From a virus (Duplodnaviria; Heunggongvirae; Uroviricota; Caudoviricetes): DNA of 64,000 bases. Positions 46,728 through 55,885 of the stretch are shown here, piece by piece (the first letter of the stretch is position 1; the number at the start of each line of letters is the position of its first letter). The notes under the pieces are model-generated. The model ran no database searches. It saw only the letters and a list, made by a program, of their open reading frames with translations, and had not been told where the DNA came from. The stretch lies in IMG/VR virus record IMGVR_UViG_3300042901_002340; one strand, given 5' to 3'. The position numbers and the translations under genes were made by a program.

Positions 46728-46955
46728 TTATTCTAATATTTCTTTTATATTCTTGGCAAATATTCTAACTATATTGCCAGATTCATTCTTTGTTACGTAA
46801 CCTATTATATCATTATAAGTATCATATATTGGGCTATCAATAAGTAATTTTCTTCCCATATTATCAACAATCCAAGAATTTAATATTTTACTAACTTCCT
46901 TGCTATGAGTCATGTTTCTGATCTCTGTAGCATTTGGTGATCCACATCCACACAT
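46728..46955 (-). CDS. hypothetical protein
   Basis: MCGCG start; coupled. Confidence 0.65.
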   Translation of the reverse strand: MCGCGSPNATEIRNMTHSKEVSKILNSWIVDNMGRKLLIDSPIYDTYNDIIGYVTKNESGNIVRIFAKNIKEILE

Positions 46956-46957
46956 AA

Positions 46958-47383
46958 TTATCTATAGTCTCCTCTAGCCTCTTTCCTCTTTAGATATTGC
47001 CAAAGAAAGTTTAATCCTTTAGCGTAATCCTTAGCAGATTTAAAAGGGTCCGAGAATTTTTTTATATCGTTACCGTTTCCTTCTTTTACTTCCTTGGACT
47101 TTATTGGATTATATCTCCTCACTGTACCTGAGGGATGTATGGTATAGAAAACATCACCATGCCCAAGTTCTTTTTGTTTCTTAACACTTCTCACAAACTT
47201 CATTGTGTTATTTAGCTCTTGCTGATGTGAAGTGTCCTCATCAAAACCAAGAGCCAATAGTCTTCTATACTCCCTAGATTTTCTTACCCTATCCAATTCA
47301 ATTTCTCTTCTATACTCGGTTTTATATTCATATTCAGGAGAATATGATTTAAAGTCAAGAAGATGTTTCATCTGCTTCTTCAT
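46958..47383 (-). CDS. putative head-internal protein
   Basis: MKHLLDFKSY motif near the N-terminus. Confidence 0.7.
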   Translation of the reverse strand: MKKQMKHLLDFKSYSPEYEYKTEYRREIELDRVRKSREYRRLLALGFDEDTSHQQELNNTMKFVRSVKKQKELGHGDVFYTIHPSGTVRRYNPIKSKEVKEGNGNDIKKFSDPFKSAKDYAKGLNFLWQYLKRKEARGDYR

Positions 47384-47384
47384 A

Positions 47385-47753
47385 CTATTTATCGGAAAGC
47401 CAGTCTCTATAATCTTTAAGATTCGATAGATTCTTTTTTCCTTTCTTTGTTTGTTTTGAATCTGGGTTCAAAAATGGAACTATCTTACCCGGTCCTTTAG
47501 GTTGAAATTTTGGCATTGCCGAAGATCCAATAGGTTCAAGACTAATCGGAAGATCTGCCTCATCAACATGATCCGGAAGTTTCTTATGTTTAGTCGAAGC
47601 ATAAGCTTTAAGTTCCTTCTCAGTCATACTCTTGGATAACTTAACTATTTCGTCTCTATATTTGGGATTAAGTTTGGATGGTGACAATTCACCGATCCTA
47701 ACTGCATATGCTTGTCCAAAAAGAGATTGTTGGGATTTACTAACCGCTGGCAT
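47385..47753 (-). CDS. DUF3008-like protein
   Basis: MPA.SK.QQ...G.A.A...GE; MTEKEL..YASTK.K.LP. Confidence 0.8.
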   Translation of the reverse strand: MPAVSKSQQSLFGQAYAVRIGELSPSKLNPKYRDEIVKLSKSMTEKELKAYASTKHKKLPDHVDEADLPISLEPIGSSAMPKFQPKGPGKIVPFLNPDSKQTKKGKKNLSNLKDYRDWLSDK

Positions 47754-47771
47754 ATCAATAATTTAATTTCT

Positions 47772-47781
47772 ATATATATCC
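47772..47781 (-). promoter_or_regulatory. putative late promoter GGATATATAT
   Basis: Recurrent motif. Confidence 0.6.
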
Positions 47782-47784
47782 AAC

Positions 47785-47820
47785 AAAAAAAAGGACTTAT
47801 AAATATAAGTCCTTTTTTTT
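47785..47820. terminator. rho-independent terminator
   Basis: AAAAAAAAGGACTTAT-AAAT-ATAAGTCCTTTTTTTT overlapping the stop of 47797..48057. Confidence 0.8.
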
Positions 47821-48057
47821 CTTCTGCCATTCAGAGTCTGACATTGGTTTCTTATTAAGATCCCAATTTTTATCAGGATTGATTATCTTCTTCTTACTCT
47901 TGTACCAATCTCCAAATGTCCATATAAATCTATTATATCCCTTACCTACAGTAGCAAATCCAGTGTCTCCTGGTTGTATAGCTATTGGTGATTGGGGTGG
48001 AACATAGGAATCAGTGTTTGAGGATTTAGATGGAGTCTTCATATCTTTCTTTGTCAT
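47797..48057 (-). CDS. hypothetical protein
   Basis: Coupled ORF. Confidence 0.65.
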   Translation of the reverse strand: MTKKDMKTPSKSSNTDSYVPPQSPIAIQPGDTGFATVGKGYNRFIWTFGDWYKSKKKIINPDKNWDLNKKPMSDSEWQKKKKDLYL

Positions 48058-48259
48058 AGATGACAGTTTCTATTTTTGTTTTTGTGACTTGTATCGTCTC
48101 AAAGTCTCCCAGAGTTCCCTCCATATAAGATGCAACTTTCGTTTCCACATCTAATACAGATTCCGCTGAAACTAGAAATTGTGATATAGTGTAAACCGGA
48201 TCACCGTTCTTTTTAACCTCTCCTGACTCAAATCTTACTTTTGCTAAGTAGTAGCTCAT
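48026..48259 (-). CDS. DUF4494-like protein
   Basis: Y..KV.FE....G......QFLV.A.S....E.KV pattern of the Bacteroidota DUF4494 family. Confidence 0.7.
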   Translation of the reverse strand: MSYYLAKVRFESGEVKKNGDPVYTISQFLVSAESVLDVETKVASYMEGTLGDFETIQVTKTKIETVIYDKERYEDSI

Positions 48260-48284
48260 GTTATGTTTTTTTAAAAGTTAGTAA

Positions 48285-48464
48285 TTATGCCGCTTTGTTT
48301 TTAGAATCCTGTACTTCGGTTCTTACTTCTTGTGCAAGTGCTTTTAATTCTTGCATAGCTTTTCTAACTCTAGTACCAGCTGCACTGTTACCTTTACTGA
48401 AGAATTTTTCAGCATCACCTTGTGTTTGCTCTAATAGAGCCTTGATTTGTTCGAATTTTTCCAT
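48285..48464 (-). CDS. histone H1-like protein (Hc1 family), 59 aa, missed by ORF track
   Basis: MEKFEQIKALLEQTQGDAEKFFSKGNSAAGTRVRKAMQELKALAQEVRTEVQDSKNKAA. Confidence 0.85.
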   Translation of the reverse strand: MEKFEQIKALLEQTQGDAEKFFSKGNSAAGTRVRKAMQELKALAQEVRTEVQDSKNKAA

Positions 48465-48517
48465 TTTAAATTTAATTTTAATTTATTATTATATCAATGA
48501 TTTCACAAAAAGTTCCC

Positions 48518-49063
48518 TTATCTACTTATAATTAATGATTTTTCACTTGAGCCAGTTTGAACCGACCAATTTTTGCCGAGTTGAGACACACATATCGACT
48601 TCATATACTCTATGTATTCACCCTTACCTTTATATTCCAAATTGTCTTGCAAATTATCATACATCCTTACAACCTTAGGATTGAAAGAAAGGTAATCCAG
48701 AACACATTTGAATATCTGCTCCATGAGTCTAGATAGCTCATTTCCATCAACAAGAAATTCAGAACTACTAACCGAAGGTATATCCTCCTTATCAACTGCT
48801 ATATCCTCTATAAGTTCATGGCCTATTTGGTTTATGTTAAGCACACAATAAGAATTTTTAGCACCCTCTATAGGCTCATTCTCAGAATATTTACCTATTA
48901 TAAGATGGTATCCCATTTCATGTTCCTCGTCTTCGCTATCAAGACTGAAGAAATAATGATATACATCACTTACTTTCTTCATCAGGAATGGTGATGTACC
49001 AAATCCGTCATTCTCATTAACCGGACTTGTAAATTGATCAAATGATGCAATAAACTTTTTCAT
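48518..49063 (-). CDS. putative head-internal protein
   Basis: MKKFIASFDQF...VNE. Confidence 0.7.
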   Translation of the reverse strand: MKKFIASFDQFTSPVNENDGFGTSPFLMKKVSDVYHYFFSLDSEDEEHEMGYHLIIGKYSENEPIEGAKNSYCVLNINQIGHELIEDIAVDKEDIPSVSSSEFLVDGNELSRLMEQIFKCVLDYLSFNPKVVRMYDNLQDNLEYKGKGEYIEYMKSICVSQLGKNWSVQTGSSEKSLIISR

Positions 49064-49065
49064 TT

Positions 49066-51099
49066 TTATTCTTGGTTATTTTTTTCCATTTCTTCATGAA
49101 TTTCAGATTCCGTTATAAGTTCCGAATTTTCAAATTCACCCTCGTCTTCCTCCTTAATTCCAGTACCTTTCTGTGCATCTATTAATGAATTATAAACATT
49201 GGCAACAGCCTGAGGTACAAGCTTTTTGAACCCAACATAATCTTCGGATTCTATTTTCTTTCTAACGTCACTACCACTCGACGATCTTTTAGTTTGTATT
49301 ATCTTTATATCTTCAGGGAAATCACCACCTGCCTTTTTGAGGTAGTCAGCTTGTTTATTGTAGTCCTCTATCCTATCGTCACCAGCCCCTATGGTTTTAG
49401 GAATAAATCCATGTTCCTTAGCCTTTCCGTATATAGGTCCAAGAAGACCCCTATTGACAACAAAATAACCAGAAATCTTTCCAGGATTATCTTTAACTAT
49501 TCCCTCCATATAGCGGGATATTAATTTCTCATCGTATGGGGATTTACCAGATTTATTATGTCCCGGATGAACTACAGCAATAATACTAGGCAGGTCATTC
49601 TCCTTGTATAACTGATCAACCATTTTTAAATGTCCATTATGAAAAGGTTGAAATCTACCAACAAGTAGATTAACAGGTTGGAGCTTTTTTTCTTCCTTGT
49701 CGCTGTCCTCGTTGATTTCTTTTGATTTATCTTTCTTGCTAGTGTCTATCGTTTCTAAAGCTGAAATAAATTCGTTGTAAGAATAAAAAGGATCGTCAGT
49801 ATCAGATTCCTCAGAATTATCAGATTCGCTAGTAACATAATCTATTTTCTTGGAAGATAGATTATTTTTCTTGAAATCCATAAATGATGGTATAGCTTCA
49901 GATTCCTGTATAGCGGGTTTGGTTTCCTTAGCAACAACTCTTTCTATATCGCTAACAACTATATTAAATTGATCTATTATACCAGAAGTTATTATTCCAC
50001 TGGCTCTTTTTCTTATCTTTCTAAATGAGTTAAGCATAAGTTTAAATAGGGACTCGTAGGAATCGTCGGTATCAAGATATTTAAGAACTCTTTTATCCTT
50101 TATCATATCAAGATTCAACCTAAATTCATCTTTCTTCAAGTAATCAGGCTCTTGAAAATCAGCTCCCCTGTATTTATAGGCATATTCACCTAGAAATTTA
50201 ACGAAAACGTCAGACATAAAAGAAATGTATCTCTCGTCGTCAGTATTACCCGAAACGTTAAACGACTCAACACCTTCCTCCAATATGAAATTCATAATAT
50301 CCATTATAGTAAGACCAAGAAAATCGCTAGGTTTTTCATCAGATCTTCTGCTATATTTTTCCTTTGCCATTTCCGTGAATACTGGATCCACCATCTTGGA
50401 TAATATTGGTTCCTTCCCATTATCTTCCTCACCGAATCTAAAAACTATTCCCTCTATCGGTTTATCAAGATCGTTATTAAGTGCACTAGTCTTAGCTTCT
50501 GGATTAAGAACACCAATTATGTACCTAACAAAACTTTTAGTTTTAAATTCGGAAACTAATTGATCAAAAGGAGTTCGAAGAAAATCGAGGATCTGATTTT
50601 TCTGATCCTCGGTTAGCATACCCTGGAATATTATGGGAGGTCTTTCAACACCAAGAATATCAGCCCAGTTATCAAGTTGTTCCTGATCCTGTATTGTCGA
50701 AGCTGGTTTACCATTTTCGTTTTTGGTGTGTATATATGAAAGTATCAGATTGTTCTTAGGCAATCTATCATAAGCAATCTCCACAGGTTGATTATTTGAA
50801 AAATACTCAAGACCGAATCTCCATCCTCTAGGAATCTCATTAAGTATATGCGGAGGAAGTGATTCTATATAATTTATAGGCTTCTCGTAATATTTCATAA
50901 GGGTACGATCAACAAGAGTTATTGGATATCTCTGATCTCTCTTATAAAAATTAAATCTACCAGTTTCTGAATTTCTTTCAAAAACAAAAGCAGAACCGTC
51001 CATTTTTTCATTAATGGTCACATAGGAGTTAAAGAGATTATCGATGAAATCCTTACCCTTTTTGTTATAAATATCATATAAATGACTAATCCCTGCCAT
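49066..51099 (-). CDS. fusion of an RNA-ligase-like nucleotidyltransferase and an HxGH cytidylyl/adenylyltransferase
   Basis: EKMDGS (motif I), GLEYF, EGIVFR (IV), SKMVD (V); C-terminal GRFQPFHNGH, GAGDDR, SGSDVR. Confidence 0.8.
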   Translation of the reverse strand: MAGISHLYDIYNKKGKDFIDNLFNSYVTINEKMDGSAFVFERNSETGRFNFYKRDQRYPITLVDRTLMKYYEKPINYIESLPPHILNEIPRGWRFGLEYFSNNQPVEIAYDRLPKNNLILSYIHTKNENGKPASTIQDQEQLDNWADILGVERPPIIFQGMLTEDQKNQILDFLRTPFDQLVSEFKTKSFVRYIIGVLNPEAKTSALNNDLDKPIEGIVFRFGEEDNGKEPILSKMVDPVFTEMAKEKYSRRSDEKPSDFLGLTIMDIMNFILEEGVESFNVSGNTDDERYISFMSDVFVKFLGEYAYKYRGADFQEPDYLKKDEFRLNLDMIKDKRVLKYLDTDDSYESLFKLMLNSFRKIRKRASGIITSGIIDQFNIVVSDIERVVAKETKPAIQESEAIPSFMDFKKNNLSSKKIDYVTSESDNSEESDTDDPFYSYNEFISALETIDTSKKDKSKEINEDSDKEEKKLQPVNLLVGRFQPFHNGHLKMVDQLYKENDLPSIIAVVHPGHNKSGKSPYDEKLISRYMEGIVKDNPGKISGYFVVNRGLLGPIYGKAKEHGFIPKTIGAGDDRIEDYNKQADYLKKAGGDFPEDIKIIQTKRSSSGSDVRKKIESEDYVGFKKLVPQAVANVYNSLIDAQKGTGIKEEDEGEFENSELITESEIHEEMEKNNQE

Positions 51100-51120
51100 A
51101 AGTAGCTTTTTTAATGTTTA

Positions 51121-52053
51121 TTATTGTATTCTGTTAATCTCTGTAGGTATTTCTAGTCCAACCCTCTGTAAAAATTCCACAAATCTTTCCTTTATTTCTG
51201 GTAATTTGTTTATAAGTTCAAACTCAGGAGAAGTTATTATTTTAAATAACTGTTCAAAAGTTTTAACATCATCAGTAGTATAACCTTTACCTAAAGCAAA
51301 ATCTATAAATTCCTGAGGATCATTAGTAACAAATCTTTCGCTTCCTTCTATTTTCTTAGGATTCTTTAATCTGTCTTTTATCTTCCCTCTGTAAGATTTT
51401 GTATGCCAATATAGACCATCGCTTAAAATAAGAACAGGTGTGTTATAATCCAAGACCTCACCAATTTCATTTCTCTCCATAATCTCCTTCCTTGCCGACA
51501 ATATCGCGGCTAGTAACCAGTTTCTATGTGCCGATTTATATTTACTTTCCCTCGTTTTGTAATTTGGTGAATAATATATAAAATCTGCCCATTTCATGTC
51601 TGACAGTGGTATAAGATCAAGTTGAACTAATCCATTATTCTTGTCACCATTTATTGGCCACCCCAGACTAACTATATTGAGACCCTTCAGATAATTTATC
51701 TCAGTAGTAAATCCAAGAATATCGCCAATACCATTTTTTATTTTATCGTAAATAAACCCAGAACATTCCTTTCTTTCTATCCCATTATCCAGAGAGTACC
51801 AAGTTGCATCATAACCAATATCCAAATCTCCCGATGTATCATCAGGATTTTCTTTCTTCCCTATGCTACCAATGATAACATACTGATCATTTATTTTGTT
51901 TGGGTCTATACCGATGAGAGGAAAAAGATTTTCCTGAATACTTTTTAGCGTTTCGGAAAATTCGTCCTCCCTTATTCTTCTAGAAGTTTTTATAGCTGCC
52001 CCTCCCTCGAATATTGAACTAAATCTAGCAAAATCGATAATCCTATTACTCAT
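51121..52053 (-). CDS. Pol-beta-superfamily nucleotidyltransferase
   Basis: IGSIGKK...SGDLDI and VQLDL third acidic residue. Confidence 0.75.
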   Translation of the reverse strand: MSNRIIDFARFSSIFEGGAAIKTSRRIREDEFSETLKSIQENLFPLIGIDPNKINDQYVIIGSIGKKENPDDTSGDLDIGYDATWYSLDNGIERKECSGFIYDKIKNGIGDILGFTTEINYLKGLNIVSLGWPINGDKNNGLVQLDLIPLSDMKWADFIYYSPNYKTRESKYKSAHRNWLLAAILSARKEIMERNEIGEVLDYNTPVLILSDGLYWHTKSYRGKIKDRLKNPKKIEGSERFVTNDPQEFIDFALGKGYTTDDVKTFEQLFKIITSPEFELINKLPEIKERFVEFLQRVGLEIPTEINRIQ

Positions 52054-52604
52054 TATCTTTTTTTCCTAGTTTTTTTATAATATGAATTCATTACATCCTT
52101 TAGATAATCTCTGTATATTTCCTCATCCTTGGATTTAGGATTTTGAGGTGAAAAATCATCACCAAAATATTTTTTACCTCTCAGAACACCAGACTTATAA
52201 AATTCCTCAGCATCCTGCTCAGTCACATTTTTATTCTCTATATGCTCAGCTTCCCATTTTTTAATAATCTCATCTTTTCTTCTTCTTATTTCGTCCTTGT
52301 CAAGATCCTTCCAAGATTTAGTATCTTCACCAGGGGAAAGAAAATCTATAAAGGAAGCAGTTCCTTTTGCAACAGCTCCTGTAACAACAGCAATTGCGCG
52401 GGAAGCACTTTTCATACTGGAAAGGTTAGGATCAGAATCGCTATAATAGCTGCTATATCCGCTATCACCAATACCTATCTGATTTCCAATTTTTCTAAGC
52501 CATCTTGTGAAAGATGTTTTTCCGTGAGCATCATAATATTCAGAATTTCCATATGATTCTTGGATATTAGATTTATTGAATTCATCAAAAGATTTTATAG
52601 TCAT
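52053..52604 (-). CDS. putative head-internal protein
   Basis: MTIKSFDEF...IQE. Confidence 0.7.
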   Translation of the reverse strand: MTIKSFDEFNKSNIQESYGNSEYYDAHGKTSFTRWLRKIGNQIGIGDSGYSSYYSDSDPNLSSMKSASRAIAVVTGAVAKGTASFIDFLSPGEDTKSWKDLDKDEIRRRKDEIIKKWEAEHIENKNVTEQDAEEFYKSGVLRGKKYFGDDFSPQNPKSKDEEIYRDYLKDVMNSYYKKTRKKR

Positions 52605-52621
52605 TAGTAAAAAATGTTTTT

Positions 52622-52631
52622 CTATATATCC
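52622..52631 (-). promoter_or_regulatory. putative late promoter GGATATATAG
   Basis: Recurrent motif heading the 52604-48518 operon. Confidence 0.6.
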
Positions 52632-52641
52632 TTAATATAAA

Positions 52642-53580
52642 TTAAAGTTTAACGTTGTATATCTTATATTCAAAACCTTCCTTCTTATAAATCTCTATTC
52701 TTTCGATGCTATGTTTAGCAAGATAGCTCTTATATTTTCTTGTACTAAAATCATCAACAAAATCTATGACATTAACCTTTTCCTTACCCTCCATCTTTCT
52801 CATTCCCCTACCCAAACTTTGTTTTATAAGGATTTCGCTCTTGTATGACTCGACAAGAAATATATTATGCAGATTGTTTATTGATATCCCAGTGGAGAAT
52901 GTTCCGTACGTCGCAATTAGGACCTTATTAGAGCCGATTGACATTCTTCTCTTATATTCCTCTCTCAAAGCCTCACTAGTGTCGCCATCAACATAAAACA
53001 CCTCTCTATCGCCATTTAATTCTCTGAGAAGATTCCATATCTGCTTACCGTACTCCTCCTTAACAGATTGGAATAAAACCAGGGAGTTTTTAGATGTCTT
53101 ATTTATGAATTCAGTAACATAATTCAGACGTTTTCTACTTTCAATAACTAACTTTCTTTCAAGATTATAAATCTCGTTACCTTCAACGTTATTATCACTA
53201 AGTTTAAGGTCGGCTAATTTTTCTTTATAGACAGGGTCTAACCAATCCATAGTAACTACCTTTATGGAAACAGGAGTTGCATACCCATTATCAAAAAGAA
53301 AACTGGGTGGGATCTCCATCACAAGGGGTCCAAGAAATTGTTGTATAGTCAAATAGTCAGCAGTTCCCTTTTTGGTCAGAGTTCCTGTTAATCCAAATCT
53401 CCATTTGGAATGCATACATTGGGAAACTATCTTCTTTATCGAGGTACTATTTGTATGATGACAATTACTAACAAGAATTCCATTAGCTATATAATTGTGA
53501 TTTAATCCATCATCCGATAATATCCTGAGATTGTATACATTATCCGATGTTTCTATTTTGCTAATTTTTTTTATCTTCAT
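52642..53580 (-). CDS. uvsW: UvsW-like SF2 helicase, C-terminal half, preceded by a C-intein
   Basis: 39-aa C-intein then CHH, GLTGT, ATYGTFSTGISI, QSLGRGMR, DFVDD. Confidence 0.9.
   Translation of the reverse strand: MKIKKISKIETSDNVYNLRILSDDGLNHNYIANGILVSNCHHTNSTSIKKIVSQCMHSKWRFGLTGTLTKKGTADYLTIQQFLGPLVMEIPPSFLFDNGYATPVSIKVVTMDWLDPVYKEKLADLKLSDNNVEGNEIYNLERKLVIESRKRLNYVTEFINKTSKNSLVLFQSVKEEYGKQIWNLLRELNGDREVFYVDGDTSEALREEYKRRMSIGSNKVLIATYGTFSTGISINNLHNIFLVESYKSEILIKQSLGRGMRKMEGKEKVNVIDFVDDFSTRKYKSYLAKHSIERIEIYKKEGFEYKIYNVKL
53464..53580 (-). mobile_element. split intein, C-fragment (39 aa)
   Basis: MKIKKISKI...VYNL.I....HNYIANGILVSN|C. Confidence 0.92.
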
Positions 53581-54397
53581 AATTTTTTATTTTTATAGCT
53601 TTTTCAATTCTGTTAGCTATTTTATCAGATTCTGGTTGTCCATTCAATAAATCCCTTCTATAATTAGCGGAAATCCAATTCTCGTCTATATAGTTGAATT
53701 TATACCCGTTTATTTTACACCATTCGTCTGCTGCATACATCTTATCTAAACAATCCTCCTTCTTATTACGTGGCTTAATCTCATATATTATTTTTTTATC
53801 CATATCACAAAAATCTACTATATAATTGCGTAATTTATTCTTTTTTGAATCAAGGTACTCTATTCTTATGTTCTCATATAGAAAATCGGGATTTATAATA
53901 TAAAATAAAGCTTCCCATGAGGATCTAACTTTAACTATTTTATTTTTTATTAGTACTTCTATTTTTCCACCATAGAGAGAATTATTTACACCAGGCGTAA
54001 AGATCCCACATTTTATTTTCTTTCTAACAATTGAGGATAATTTAATTTTCATTGAATTTTTACTCTCATCCGTCATTCTATGCGACGTGTTATTTAATTT
54101 CTGTTTTTCAGAAAAATCCGCATCCGCACAATTTCTGCAACAGAAATCATTAAGAATCCACTTTCTTCCTGATTTTATTTTTTTTTTATTTTTACATCCA
54201 TTAAATTTGCATATACCATTATCAGGATCACAATAGATTAATAGATCATATAATGTTTCGATGTAATAGGGAATGTCAAATAGATTTGTATTTTTGACAT
54301 TAGTAACAATCCTAGTATTAAAATCAGGGATTTCCCTAACTTTTAATATGGAGAGTCTTCTTGAATTTTCATAAAGATACAGATAAAGTGGATTCAT
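53561..54397 (-). CDS. free-standing putative homing endonuclease (TnsA/PD-(D/E)xK-like, Cys-rich N-terminus)
   Basis: RSSWE...YE...IEY......Y..DF......EIKP; lies between the two intein halves. Confidence 0.8.
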   Translation of the reverse strand: MNPLYLYLYENSRRLSILKVREIPDFNTRIVTNVKNTNLFDIPYYIETLYDLLIYCDPDNGICKFNGCKNKKKIKSGRKWILNDFCCRNCADADFSEKQKLNNTSHRMTDESKNSMKIKLSSIVRKKIKCGIFTPGVNNSLYGGKIEVLIKNKIVKVRSSWEALFYIINPDFLYENIRIEYLDSKKNKLRNYIVDFCDMDKKIIYEIKPRNKKEDCLDKMYAADEWCKINGYKFNYIDENWISANYRRDLLNGQPESDKIANRIEKAIKIKNYEDKKN

Positions 54398-54420
54398 ATG
54401 TTTGTATGATGAGGTTTGTT

Positions 54421-55431
54421 TTATATATCAAAAAGCTCATCGTAATAATTAAGAGCATCGACTCTTTTCCATTCACCATTTTTTAATTTAACCTTATGAT
54501 TTCCGGTTACCTTAAGAATCTTTCCACATTCTGTCTCTATCTTGTACATTTGTTTATCTTTATTTAGATTTTTATATACAAATTCCACGGTTCTTTTCTC
54601 CTGCCCATTAGTAATATCGTTAATAGTTAATACGGAATCTCCAATATTAACATCAGATATTTTTTTATAACCGCCATCAGCCATACTTACCAATGAATCC
54701 GGAGATAAACACTCATCTATAAATACGCAATCAACCTCGTCAAAAAAATCAGATTCTCTTTTAACCAGGGATTGGTATGTACCTATTATTATATCGCAGC
54801 CATCCTTGATCTTACTTCCACCACCTATCTGCTGAATCTTCACACCGTCTAATTTATCAAGTCCATATTCCTCAAAATCATCATTACCCTGGAATACAAG
54901 ATTGGAATTGGGTACGATCATAAGGATCTTTCTTACCATTCCTTTTGATTTTAGATATGCAAATATCATAAACGATATAAGTGTCTTACCTGATGAGGTT
55001 GCAACCTCAGAAACTGAATACCTATACCTCAATATCTTCCATGCGGTCTCTATTTGGTAATCTCTAGGCATCTTATCTGGATTACCACCTATACCCCCCT
55101 CGAAAAATTCATTAACCCACTGAGTAAATTCATCAAGCTTAACGTCGTCAGTTACGACGCTGTTTAATCCTTCTATTTTTATATCAATTCTGTATTTCTC
55201 GCCGATATCCAATAATTCCCTCCAGAGACCTATTGGAACTTTCCAGAATCCACCTCTCTTCTCTATGAAACATATAGATCCATCCCAAATCTTTTTCTTG
55301 ACTAGAGGATGGAAAAAATGATTATGTATTTTTTGAGTCAGCGAGATCTCGACTTGCTTTTTCTCAACCTCATCAAGTGCTTCCAAGAGAAGCATCCATT
55401 GATGATCATCAGTTACTCTAAATTTTAACAT
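54421..55431 (-). CDS. uvsW: UvsW-like SF2 helicase, N-terminal half, followed by an N-intein
   Basis: WDG.I, RDYQ, ATSSGKT, TYQSL, FIDE then intein. Confidence 0.9.
   Translation of the reverse strand: MLKFRVTDDHQWMLLLEALDEVEKKQVEISLTQKIHNHFFHPLVKKKIWDGSICFIEKRGGFWKVPIGLWRELLDIGEKYRIDIKIEGLNSVVTDDVKLDEFTQWVNEFFEGGIGGNPDKMPRDYQIETAWKILRYRYSVSEVATSSGKTLISFMIFAYLKSKGMVRKILMIVPNSNLVFQGNDDFEEYGLDKLDGVKIQQIGGGSKIKDGCDIIIGTYQSLVKRESDFFDEVDCVFIDECLSPDSLVSMADGGYKKISDVNIGDSVLTINDITNGQEKRTVEFVYKNLNKDKQMYKIETECGKILKVTGNHKVKLKNGEWKRVDALNYYDELFDI
54424..54711 (-). mobile_element. split intein, N-fragment (96 aa)
   Basis: CLSPDSLV.MADG..KKI.DV.IGD.V; block B VTGNHKV; ends at a stop codon. Confidence 0.92.
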
Positions 55432-55440
55432 TCTATAATT

Positions 55441-55884
55441 TTATTTTACCGTGGAACCTCTTAGGTAGTCCTCCAGAGCTATTCTCTGACGAACGCCATA
55501 AAGCATATGATCCACTGTTTGTATGGTCTGGTCTATAAACTTACGATGATTCTCCACCAATTCCATTTTTTCCGATATTTCAACCAGATCACCTTCTATC
55601 AGCAACATCTTTTCAGTTGCTCCGTATCTAACATTCATTTGTTCCGAATACTCCCTCATCTTTCTTGCTTTGTCGGACTTGTATTTGGAGCTCAGCTTGG
55701 AAACTATTCCAGCTAGCTTATAGCTATACTCCAAAAGTACTTGCCTGTAGCTGAACATGTCAACTTGAGCTTTTGCTAAGGTTTTTATATCCTTCATGTT
55801 CAATGAAAGAACCTGTATTTTTTCTTTCCATTCCTCCCTTTCGGTTTCGAAAACCTTCCCGAAATCTGTTTTTTGCTCAGACAT
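55441..55884 (-). CDS. UvsY-like recombination mediator
   Basis: Helical, ~147 aa, LIEGD ...T.D.M.YGV..RI; adjacent to uvsW. Confidence 0.6.
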   Translation of the reverse strand: MSEQKTDFGKVFETEREEWKEKIQVLSLNMKDIKTLAKAQVDMFSYRQVLLEYSYKLAGIVSKLSSKYKSDKARKMREYSEQMNVRYGATEKMLLIEGDLVEISEKMELVENHRKFIDQTIQTVDHMLYGVRQRIALEDYLRGSTVK

Positions 55885-55885
55885 A

